Source: Bacilli bacterium
GTDB taxonomy: Bacteria; Bacillota_I; Bacilli_A; RF39; UBA660
DNA: 61,616 bases
Assembly (NCBI GenBank): GCA_016283075.1
Contig: JAEEMF010000069.1
Coordinates: 1-61,616, forward strand
Direction: 5' to 3'
In this document: piece by piece, positions 1 to 8,180 of the stretch
Position numbering within the stretch: position 1 is the first letter of the stretch
Layout: each line of letters opens with the position of its first letter
The notes under the pieces: generated by a model
Seen by the model: only the letters and a program-made list of their open reading frames with translations
Database searches by the model: none
What the model was told of the DNA's origin: nothing
Position numbers and translations under genes: made by a program

Positions 1-200
1 ACTGCGAACCTAGTTCTACTAGAAGAATAGAAAAAAGTGAATCATTTAATAAATGGTTTACCTTTTGGGAAAACCATAGAAAAACTCTTGATACATGTAA
101 ATATGCCGAATTTCTTCATAAATTAGTAAATAATGAAGATGTAAGTGAATATATGCCTGATACTAAATGGAATGATAATCCTAAATCGTTAATAAAATAA
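1..200 (+). CDS. 3' end of an unidentified ORF (partial, 5' end outside window)
   Basis: Frame beginning at nt 3 is open until TAA at 198-200. No motif I recognise. Confidence 0.4.
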   Translation, partial: CEPSSTRRIEKSESFNKWFTFWENHRKTLDTCKYAEFLHKLVNNEDVSEYMPDTKWNDNPKSLIK

Positions 201-209
201 ATATATTTA

Positions 210-218
210 TGTTATAAT
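210..218 (+). promoter_or_regulatory. extended -10 promoter element (TGTTATAAT)
   Basis: TG at 210-211, TATAAT at 213-218, followed by AGGAGG (225-230) and ATG 237. Confidence 0.45.
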
Positions 219-236
219 TAACTTAGGAGGATTAAT

Positions 237-812
237 ATGAAAGATCACTCAAAAAGTATAGAAGAAAGAAGTAAATATGTTCTTTCTTATAAAGTTAAAG
301 ATAACAAATTAATATGTAATATGGCTACTGGAGAATCACTTGTTTATGATTATTCAGTGGAAAACGAAAATAAAATTAAAAAAGTTATGGAAAAGCAAGC
401 AACTGATCATAAAGATGATAATTATGAAACTAATTCATATATAACATATATTATTGTTTTATTGATGATACTTGCACTATTTAATTTAAATCTTCCTGTT
501 ATAGGAGTATGCTCTTTTTTATTACTTGTTAAAGGAGCATCTAGATTATATGCTACATCACTTAAAAATGATATAGAAAAGTTAAATTTATTCTTAGAAT
601 CTGGGAATATAATTAATGATAATTTAGATAAACCTAATATTAAAGCAGGTATATCTAAAAAAACTAAAAAGATTATTAATAATGGTCCAATTGATATAAA
701 TACACTTGATAAAGTTAAATTAAGAGATTATAAGAAATTACTTCTAAATATAAAAAGAGAAGAACTATTTAATATAGAAGAAATAAATAGTCCAAAAGTA
801 TATTCAAGATAG
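237..812 (+). CDS. two-TM membrane protein, distant member of the tandem paralog family (unknown function)
   Basis: AGGAGG RBS. N-terminal soluble region, adjacent hydrophobic helices (YITYIIVLLMILALF / VIGVCSFLLLV), Lys/Glu-rich C-terminus. Confidence 0.7.
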   Translation: MKDHSKSIEERSKYVLSYKVKDNKLICNMATGESLVYDYSVENENKIKKVMEKQATDHKDDNYETNSYITYIIVLLMILALFNLNLPVIGVCSFLLLVKGASRLYATSLKNDIEKLNLFLESGNIINDNLDKPNIKAGISKKTKKIINNGPIDINTLDKVKLRDYKKLLLNIKREELFNIEEINSPKVYSR

Positions 813-833
813 AGTTAAAACTCTATCTTTTTT
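807..833 (+). terminator. rho-independent terminator
   Basis: AGATAGAG / CTCTATCT stem followed by a T-run; overlaps the stop codon. Confidence 0.7.
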
Positions 834-847
834 ATTTCTATATCAAT

Positions 848-875
848 TTGTACTTTTTCATAAATATGTTATAAT
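848..875 (+). promoter_or_regulatory. sigma-A type promoter (TTGTAC-16-TGtTATAAT)
   Basis: -35-like TTGTAC at 848-853, TG at 867-868, TATAAT at 870-875. Confidence 0.45.
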
Positions 876-927
876 AGGGAACAATTGTGGCAGGATTTGC
901 CCATTAAAAGTAATTGGGGGTTATTAT

Positions 928-1530
928 ATGAAAAAGGAATTAGTACCATCAATATTTAAACTTAATTATATAAATAATTATGAGGTAGTAACAAATGAAA
1001 ATAAAACAAAAGATATTGTTATCAACTACATAATGGGTAATAAGGATATATTACCTTATACTAATACCAATATTTATATAGTAGAAAAACAAGTAAAAAC
1101 ACAGTTAGAAACTTTAAAGAATATGTTTTTATTTGATATTACTCACTTTGGTATTAGTTCTATTTGTAGTATAGCACTAGCTTTAGTATGTTTTATTTTT
1201 ACTGTTGCTAGTTCTGGAATACTTGCTGGATTATCGTTAGCAGCACTTTTATCTGTAACTGGATTTAGTGTTAAACAGTTTAAAAAAATGAAAGATGAAT
1301 ATGACTTTATTAAAAAAGTAGATTACTTTGAAAAGAATAAAGATGTATTTAATGGAGAAACTACTATAGAAAAAACAGTAGAAAAAGAAGAACCTACTTA
1401 TAAATTAAGTTATATTGATATAGATAATATGAGTTATAAAGAGTTAAAAGAAGCAAAAAAGGGTTTAGAAAATTTAGGATATGTTCCAAAAGAAGAATCT
1501 TCTTTAGGTAAACAACATATTAGGTTATAG
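928..1530 (+). CDS. two-TM membrane protein, distant member of the tandem paralog family
   Basis: Same architecture: N-terminal domain, hydrophobic hairpin (ISSICSIALALVCFIF / ILAGLSLAALLSV), charged C-terminus. Confidence 0.7.
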   Translation: MKKELVPSIFKLNYINNYEVVTNENKTKDIVINYIMGNKDILPYTNTNIYIVEKQVKTQLETLKNMFLFDITHFGISSICSIALALVCFIFTVASSGILAGLSLAALLSVTGFSVKQFKKMKDEYDFIKKVDYFEKNKDVFNGETTIEKTVEKEEPTYKLSYIDIDNMSYKELKEAKKGLENLGYVPKEESSLGKQHIRL

Positions 1531-1538
1531 GTGACAAC

Positions 1539-2315
1539 ATGGAAGAAGAAAAGAAAATTTATTATAACCAAATAGTAGGTTACGATAAAATTAACAATGG
1601 AAAAAATATTAAAATAACATATCTAAATAAGGATAAAGAGTATTTTACTGATATAGTACCAGCTGAATCATTTGATTTTGACTTAGCTGAGAAATGGACA
1701 GAAGGTAATTTTAAATCTTTTTTTGATACGATACGTATGTATTCTTTATTAGGCTTTGGATCAGTTGCTTTTGCTTGGTTTGTAAATACAACTACCTCAG
1801 CATTATTTGAAAAAATTATATATTATACTATAGAAACTTTATTTGCTGCTTTCTTTGCATTAGCAATAAAAAGTATTCCTAGTAATGTTGTACAAATAAA
1901 AAATGCTTGGGGATTTATGTTTAAAAAAATTAAATCCGAAAGGATGCTTAAGAAATTTAGAAAGATACAAAAGTTAAATGAAAAGGTTAAATTAATAGAT
2001 GATGAATCAATGATATGTCCTGTTGATATTCCTGTATCTTGTGAAGAAATGTTTATGAATTATAGTTTAAAAGATCTTAAAGATATATATAAAAATTTAA
2101 AGAGATCATATAAGGATAATAAAGAAGAAATAGAATTTAAAGAAATATTTGTTAAACCTGAAGTAGAGGTTCTAGAACTTCCTGAAGAAAAAGAAGAAGA
2201 AAAAGAATCTGAAGAAAATAATCATATATTAGATGATATTTATAGTATTATGGATAAATATAATTATACTCCAGATGAAAAACAAAAAATAATTACTTAT
2301 TTAATGGATAAATAA
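1539..2315 (+). CDS. TM-hairpin paralog family protein (unknown function)
   Basis: Motifs NKEEIEF and EVLELPEEKEE; two hydrophobic helices; AGGTGA RBS. Confidence 0.75.
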   Translation: MEEEKKIYYNQIVGYDKINNGKNIKITYLNKDKEYFTDIVPAESFDFDLAEKWTEGNFKSFFDTIRMYSLLGFGSVAFAWFVNTTTSALFEKIIYYTIETLFAAFFALAIKSIPSNVVQIKNAWGFMFKKIKSERMLKKFRKIQKLNEKVKLIDDESMICPVDIPVSCEEMFMNYSLKDLKDIYKNLKRSYKDNKEEIEFKEIFVKPEVEVLELPEEKEEEKESEENNHILDDIYSIMDKYNYTPDEKQKIITYLMDK

Positions 2316-2335
2316 TAACAAAAGGGGGTTTTGTT

Positions 2336-3121
2336 ATGCCAAGAAATGATGATATGAATATTTATGAAAATGCAATTAGATATGAAGTAGTAGGTAACGG
2401 AAAAACAGTTAAAGTATTTTTTAGGAATTGTGATACAGTTAAATTTTCTGTTATTCCTAGTGAAGAAGTTAATTTTGAAAAACTAGATGAAACAGTAAAA
2501 AAGAATGCTGGCGATTTAAAAAAAGAATTGAAAACTATCTCAATGATAGTTGGAATTCCTATTGCAATTGTTATGATACCTATCATGATAGTTAATGGAT
2601 TAATATTACCTACTTTATTGTCAGGTTTATCTGTTGTTGCCTATGCAGTATCAATTGATTATTTAATTTATACTAAAAATTTAAGAAGCTTAAAATATGT
2701 AGAAAAATATAAAGATAAAATTAATAATATGTATGCAGATATAGAAGGGGTAATATCTGGATATAACAAAATGTGTGAATTAGATGGTAAAGCTATTAAA
2801 GGTGTTACTTTTCCACTATTAAGTGAAGATATCTTATATAGTATTAAACCAAAACGTGTTAAGAAAATATACAAAGAACTTAAGAAATTACATAAAGCTA
2901 ATAAAGAAGATATTGAATATAGAAATTTCTTAATAGAATCAAGAAAGACAGTTATTCCTGAAGAAATTGAAGTACTTAAACTTCCTGAAGAAGAACAAGT
3001 TGTTGATTCTAATGAATGGCTTATTGCAGTTCAAAAGATTAAAGAACAATATGGCTTTAATCCTGATTCAGAAGGATTAATAGAAAATAAATTTAAAAAT
3101 TATACTCTTAGAAATAATTAG
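2336..3121 (+). CDS. TM-hairpin paralog family protein
   Basis: Motifs INNMYADIE, FPLLSED, NKEDIEY, EVLKLPEEE; two TM helices. Confidence 0.75.
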   Translation: MPRNDDMNIYENAIRYEVVGNGKTVKVFFRNCDTVKFSVIPSEEVNFEKLDETVKKNAGDLKKELKTISMIVGIPIAIVMIPIMIVNGLILPTLLSGLSVVAYAVSIDYLIYTKNLRSLKYVEKYKDKINNMYADIEGVISGYNKMCELDGKAIKGVTFPLLSEDILYSIKPKRVKKIYKELKKLHKANKEDIEYRNFLIESRKTVIPEEIEVLKLPEEEQVVDSNEWLIAVQKIKEQYGFNPDSEGLIENKFKNYTLRNN

Positions 3122-3134
3122 GAGGATTTAAATA

Positions 3135-3875
3135 ATGAAAGAAATAGAATACGATTGTTTAGTAGATTACACCATTGATGAAGATAATAAAAAGGCTACA
3201 TTAATATATGTAGATATTGATAAACGTACTGGTAAATGTTTATGCTCGGATACTGTACCAGTAAATATTCTTGATAAAGAAAAAGCAGATGAATCTATTG
3301 TTAATTGTAAGAAAACATTAAAGGATTATGCTGCACTTCTTTTACTATGTCCAGCAGTAGGTGTAATACTATATTTTTCGTACTTCTATTTAGAAATGTG
3401 TTTAGGTGGATTATCCCATACTGCATCAACACTTGTAGGTGTAGTTGCAGCACTTGCTTCTATTTATCCTCTTCCTGATAGTCTTCAAAGATATAGAGCA
3501 ATATTTATTAGTAAGAAACTTAAATATGAAGAAAAACATAGAGAAGAAATTAATAAGATGTATGAAGATGTTAAACTTCTTGATTGTATAACACTTGGAA
3601 GTGAAACAATTTCCTTACCTCTTTCTAAAAAAGAGTTTCTATGTGATATAAAACCTAAAAGTTTAAGAAAATTAAGAAAAGACTTAAAAAGTATAATTAA
3701 AGAGAATAAAGAGGAAATTGAATATCGAAAAGATTTATTAAAACAAAAGGAACGTATAGAAAGTACAAAAACATTAGAAGTAGAAACTGATAGAGGAGAA
3801 GTTGATATAAATAACTACTATGAAACACCTACCATATCTAATGAAACAAAATGCCCTGTATTATATAAAAAATAG
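3135..3875 (+). CDS. TM-hairpin paralog family protein
   Basis: Motifs INKMYEDV, LPLSKKE, NKEEIEY; AGGAGG RBS. Confidence 0.75.
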   Translation: MKEIEYDCLVDYTIDEDNKKATLIYVDIDKRTGKCLCSDTVPVNILDKEKADESIVNCKKTLKDYAALLLLCPAVGVILYFSYFYLEMCLGGLSHTASTLVGVVAALASIYPLPDSLQRYRAIFISKKLKYEEKHREEINKMYEDVKLLDCITLGSETISLPLSKKEFLCDIKPKSLRKLRKDLKSIIKENKEEIEYRKDLLKQKERIESTKTLEVETDRGEVDINNYYETPTISNETKCPVLYKK

Positions 3876-3892
3876 AAGAGGATGTGACATCT

Positions 3893-4723
3893 ATGCCTTA
3901 CTACCAAGAATTAATTCCTATAATTAGATATGAAGAAGTAATTGGTTATGAACCAGTAAAGAATCCTGATTCTGTTAAACTAATATATTTTGATCCTAAA
4001 ATATATAAAGATAATAATGGATATAATTTTCATGTTGTTTGGAAAAGAGATGTTGATTTTCAAAAACTGGATGAATCTATAAAAGAAAACCGTAAGAAAA
4101 TTAATAAGGACAGCTTTATATACTTATTACCTTTATCTTTAATAATCATTACTTTCTTTTATATGATTATTGGAAAGGTTTTGAATTTATTAGATACATC
4201 TAATCTATATGATATAATTTTGTATCTATTCGCTATAGCAGATGGTATAACTAGTGCCGCATTAAGGGATGAAATTGTTGGTAAAAGAAAATCACTACTT
4301 ACAAAGCGTAAGCTTAAGTTTATGGATAAGCATCGTGATGAAATAAATAAGATGTATGAAGATGTGTCACTTCTAGGATATAGTACTGATATGTTTAATA
4401 CATATAATAATAGAACTTATCCTTTAAGTAAAGAACATTTCTTAAATGGAGAGAGACTTTTAAATTTATTTGTATTAAATAAAAGATTAAAAAAAATAAC
4501 CAAAAAGAATAAAGATGAAATAGAACATCAAAAAGAACTTCTTTCTAAATTTAAAAAGGTTGAAAAAACTAAAGAAGAAGTAGAAGTACTAGAACTTCCT
4601 AAAGAGAAAGAAGAAATAAAAGAAGAAAATATACTAGATGAAGTAAATGCTATTTTAGATCAGTATAATGTTAGTCCTAGTGATAATACTAATAATTCAA
4701 TAAAAAATTTAATAAAGAAATAA
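3893..4723 (+). CDS. TM-hairpin paralog family protein
   Basis: Motifs INKMYEDV, YPLSKEH, NKDEIEH, EVLELPKEKEE. The ORF track starts at GTG 3884, but that lies only 2 nt after the GAGG, so ATG 3893 is preferred. Start is uncertain. Confidence 0.7.
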   Translation: MPYYQELIPIIRYEEVIGYEPVKNPDSVKLIYFDPKIYKDNNGYNFHVVWKRDVDFQKLDESIKENRKKINKDSFIYLLPLSLIIITFFYMIIGKVLNLLDTSNLYDIILYLFAIADGITSAALRDEIVGKRKSLLTKRKLKFMDKHRDEINKMYEDVSLLGYSTDMFNTYNNRTYPLSKEHFLNGERLLNLFVLNKRLKKITKKNKDEIEHQKELLSKFKKVEKTKEEVEVLELPKEKEEIKEENILDEVNAILDQYNVSPSDNTNNSIKNLIKK

Positions 4724-4734
4724 ATGGTGATTTT

Positions 4735-5556
4735 ATGGCGAAAGAAGAATACTATAATTTTTATAATCTTATATATCCTATTGATTATGAAATAGTAAAA
4801 GAAGATGAAAATGATACTATATATAGAGCTTTTGGAATATCTTCTGATAGAAAGAATCCAATAGAATCAGCTATTTTTAGAAAGAATACTTTTCAAGATG
4901 AAAAATATAATAAAGATCAACTAGCAAATAAATTCAATATAATTGAAAGAAACCATAAGAAAGTGATACCATTATGTTTTCATGATATTACTAATGTTTT
5001 ATCATTTTTTATTGGTGGTATATCTTTTGCTTCAATATTTGTATTAATTATTTGGTAAGAAACAATTGGTTTTACAAATCCTCTTTTATTATTTATACCG
5101 TTTATTACTTTTGTAGCTTCTATGCTGAAATGGGATAATTATTTCGATGGAAGACTTGAAATGTCAGGAAAAGGTATTCCAGTTTTTAAACGACTATCAT
5201 TCTATAAGAAATATGCAAAAGAGCTAAATAAACAGTATGAAGAAATAAAGAAACTTGGATTTAATAATTCAATTGACTTTGGAATTAATTTTCCTATAAC
5301 TAAGACAGATATATATTTAGCAGATGATTTAAAAAAATATAAAAAAATAAGAAAAGAATTTAAAAAGATAATAAAAGAACATAAAGAAGAAATAGAATAT
5401 ATTAGATATCAAGATAGTATAAAGAAACCTGAAGTACTAGAACTACCTAATGAAAAAGAAGATATTCTAGGTATAATTAATGAAGTAGAAAATAGATTTA
5501 GTCTTGGAATAGATAATACAAGTACAAATCAAAGAAAAAAATTAATAAAGAAATAA
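4735..5556 (+). pseudogene. TM-hairpin paralog interrupted by one in-frame TAA (5056-5058) between TM1 and TM2
   Basis: ORFs 4735-5058 and 5122-5556 are in the same frame. There is no other stop between them, and the read-through sequence (ETIGFTNPLLLFIPFITFVAS) supplies the missing second TM helix. Confidence 0.7.
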
Positions 5557-5579
5557 AAGGGTGATATTATGGAAGAAAA
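5188..5579 (+). repeat. direct repeat copy 1 (C-terminal half of paralog, intergenic region and next start)
   Basis: Near-identical by eye to 5998-6390 (a handful of substitutions and a 1-nt indel). Confidence 0.85.
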
Positions 5580-6366
5580 AATGGTTGAAAAACATACTAT
5601 TAAAATTCCGATCGATTATGAACTTGTTGATAGTGATAGTTATAAACCTAAAATTAGATTATATGGTATAGATAATGATACTATTAAAAGTGAGTTATTA
5701 TTTAAGAGTGATTTTCGTTGGGATTATAGTTGTTGTGGAGACTTCGGTATGTTAGACTACGACATCAAAAGAAATACAAATGTATTAGAAGAAATAGTTT
5801 CATTTGAAAATACAAATAAAGTATTGTTATCAACAACTTTAATTGGATCAATGATTATTGGGTTAGGTATATTTCTAGGTATTTCTGATGTTACTCTAGT
5901 GGGCTTAATTTCAGCTGGAATTTCTTTAGGTATTTATGGTTTTAATTATGTTTTATATTCCATGGAACGTTTTTACTGTCATGGTACACCAATAATGAAA
6001 CGTTTATCATTCTATAAGAAATATGCAAAAGAGCTAAATAAACAGTATGAAGAAATAAATAAACTTGGATTTAATAATTCAATTGACTTTGGAATTAATT
6101 TTCCTATAACTAAGAAAGATATATATTTAGCAGATGATTTAAAAAAATATAAAAAAATAAGAAAAGAATTTAAAAAGATAATAAAAGAACATAAAGAAGA
6201 AATAGAGTATATTAGATATCAAGATAGTAATAAGAAACCTGAAGTATTAGAACTACCTAATGAAAAAGAAGATATTCTAGGTACTATTAATGAAGTAGAA
6301 AATAGATTTAGTCTTGGAATAGATAACACAAGTACAAATCAAAGAAAAGAATTAATAAAGAAATAA
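5569..6366 (+). CDS. TM-hairpin paralog family protein
   Basis: Motifs LNKQYEEI, FPITKKD, KEHKEEIEY, EVLELPNEKE. Confidence 0.8.
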   Translation: MEEKMVEKHTIKIPIDYELVDSDSYKPKIRLYGIDNDTIKSELLFKSDFRWDYSCCGDFGMLDYDIKRNTNVLEEIVSFENTNKVLLSTTLIGSMIIGLGIFLGISDVTLVGLISAGISLGIYGFNYVLYSMERFYCHGTPIMKRLSFYKKYAKELNKQYEEINKLGFNNSIDFGINFPITKKDIYLADDLKKYKKIRKEFKKIIKEHKEEIEYIRYQDSNKKPEVLELPNEKEDILGTINEVENRFSLGIDNTSTNQRKELIKK

Positions 6367-6390
6367 AAATGGTGATATTATGGAAGAAAA
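5998..6390 (+). repeat. direct repeat copy 2
   Basis: See 5188-5579; the offset is 810-811 bp. Confidence 0.85.
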
Positions 6391-7195
6391 TGAAAAAACA
6401 GTAGTAGATTTTACAATTGATTATCCTATTGACTATGAACTTGTTGAAGGTGAAGGATCTCAACCAAAAATAAGGGTTTTTGGCGTAACTGGCGATAATT
6501 TTAAAAGTGAGTTATTGTTTAAATATAATTTTGAAAATGAATATAATGACCGAGGAGATCTATATAATTTAAATAGTGATATTAAGAAAAATATGAAAAT
6601 TGTTAAAAAATCAGCCGTGAGGGAATTAATAACTTATATATTTTTTCCTCTAATAATCATTGGTTTTGCTACTTTTATTACTGGCTTAATTTCTAATGGT
6701 ATGGTACTAGCTGGTATTACTAGAATTGGTTATTTTTTAATGTGGTCTTCTATTTTGATTAATAATACAAGTAAGTTATTATGTAGAAATAAAGATATTC
6801 TTGGTTTTGGTCTTCCAATACTTCGAAGAAAAAAATTCTATGAGAAAAAAGCTAAAGAACTTAATAAACAGTATGAAGAAATTAATAAACTTGGTTTTAT
6901 TTGTACGATAAATACTGATGTAGACTTTCCTATTAGTAAGAAAGATATTTACTGTACTAAAAGACTTAAAAAGTTTAAAAAGGTAAGTAAAGACTTTAAA
7001 AAGATTATAAAAGAACATAAAGAAGAAATAGAATATATTAGATATCAAGATAGTATTAAAAAACCTGAAGTACTAGAACTTCCTAATGAAAAAGAAGATA
7101 TTCTAGGTACTATTAATGAAGTAGAAAATAGATTTACTCCTTCTTTTACTAGTGAAACTAGTAAAAAACATTTACTTGAAAAGACAATTAGATAA
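6380..7195 (+). CDS. TM-hairpin paralog family protein
   Basis: Motifs LNKQYEEI, FPISKKD, KEHKEEIEY, EVLELPNEKE. Confidence 0.8.
   Translation: MEENEKTVVDFTIDYPIDYELVEGEGSQPKIRVFGVTGDNFKSELLFKYNFENEYNDRGDLYNLNSDIKKNMKIVKKSAVRELITYIFFPLIIIGFATFITGLISNGMVLAGITRIGYFLMWSSILINNTSKLLCRNKDILGFGLPILRRKKFYEKKAKELNKQYEEINKLGFICTINTDVDFPISKKDIYCTKRLKKFKKVSKDFKKIIKEHKEEIEYIRYQDSIKKPEVLELPNEKEDILGTINEVENRFTPSFTSETSKKHLLEKTIR
6995..7136 (+). repeat. third, partial copy of the paralog C-terminal repeat
   Basis: 142 nt nearly identical to 5359-5500. Confidence 0.8.
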
Positions 7196-7206
7196 GTGGT
7201 GATAAT

Positions 7207-8100
7207 ATGATAAATTTTAATGATAAACATGATCTATCTTATGATGAAGTATATGATTTTATAGTTGACTATGAAAAGTTAGATGATAATACTTATAAGA
7301 TTTATTATAGAGACTTTGATTTTTATGATATGGTAAATTATACAATTGTAAAAAATGATGATAATAAGATTAATGAAGATAAAATGGATAGGATGAAAGA
7401 ACGTACTTTATCAAGATGTAGTTATGCTAAGGATAAAAAAAGAAAAGATATCCTTTTCTTTGGTACGTGGCTTTTTATTATAGCTGGTCTAGTTCTAAGT
7501 ACATTTATGCGTTTTCCTGTTTCAAGAAGTATTTTTTTAATTTTAAATAGTACTTATTTGATACGTAGTCATACTGTCCGTAGATCTAAAATAGATGATG
7601 AATATGAAGAATGTGATAGAACACTATTTAAGAAAATAAACTTTACTAATAATAATAGAGAAAATCTTAATAAGATGTATGAGTATATTAGAAGATTAGG
7701 TTTTATCTCAGAACTATTTGAAGGTATAAAGTTTCCTTTAAGTAAGGAAGATACTTTAATAAATATACCTGTAAGTAAACTTAAAAAAATAGAAAAAGAA
7801 GTTAAAAAGATTGTAAAAGAACATAAAGAAGAAATAGATCAGTTTACTATAGAAGATGAACTTGAAAGAGAAAAAGAAAAGTTAAGAAATATAAAACTTC
7901 AAGAAATGGAAGATGAAAAAATGCGTTCTGAAATAAAAGAACTATTAGAGCATCCGGATGAATGGGATACTTCTTCTATGAAAAAAGAGGTAACTAAAGG
8001 TGATATTTTAGATACTATTAAAGAAATTCATAATATGTATTTATATACTCCCGAAACTGAAAATATAGAAAATCCAAAGTCTTTTGGAGCAAAAAAATAA
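7207..8100 (+). CDS. TM-hairpin paralog family protein (longer coiled-coil-like C-terminus)
   Basis: Motifs LNKMYEYI, FPLSKED, KEHKEEID; two hydrophobic helices. Confidence 0.75.
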   Translation: MINFNDKHDLSYDEVYDFIVDYEKLDDNTYKIYYRDFDFYDMVNYTIVKNDDNKINEDKMDRMKERTLSRCSYAKDKKRKDILFFGTWLFIIAGLVLSTFMRFPVSRSIFLILNSTYLIRSHTVRRSKIDDEYEECDRTLFKKINFTNNNRENLNKMYEYIRRLGFISELFEGIKFPLSKEDTLINIPVSKLKKIEKEVKKIVKEHKEEIDQFTIEDELEREKEKLRNIKLQEMEDEKMRSEIKELLEHPDEWDTSSMKKEVTKGDILDTIKEIHNMYLYTPETENIENPKSFGAKK

Positions 8101-8122
8101 CGAACTAAATAGTTCGTTTTTT
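8101..8122 (+). terminator. rho-independent terminator ending the paralog array
   Basis: CGAACT / AGTTCG stem followed by TTTTTT. Confidence 0.7.
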
Positions 8123-8180
8123 ATTTTCTATGAAATGGTAATAATACTTATTTGTGGTATAATGTTAATAGAGGTGTTTT

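Noticed and set aside
1-200. Upstream truncated ORF as the toxin partner of the paralog array
   Set aside because: Only 66 C-terminal residues are visible and they carry no recognisable toxin motif. I kept this as a question under the array finding, not as a claim.
2362-2874. Minus-strand ORFs 2362-2586 and 2668-2874 inside paralog gene 2336-3121
   Set aside because: Both are fully embedded antisense to a well-supported gene. They have low-complexity Ile/Phe/Ser-rich translations typical of AT-rich antisense frames and no RBS.
5056-5058. In-frame TAA as programmed recoding or read-through
   Set aside because: No recoding mechanism is known for UAA in Firmicutes, and no stimulatory structure is evident. 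A simple nonsense mutation is more parsimonious.
6779-7230. Minus-strand ORFs 6779-7048 and 7045-7230
   Set aside because: Both lie antisense within the paralog array. Their Phe/Ile/Lys-rich composition mirrors the Lys/Glu-rich sense frame, and they have no start context.
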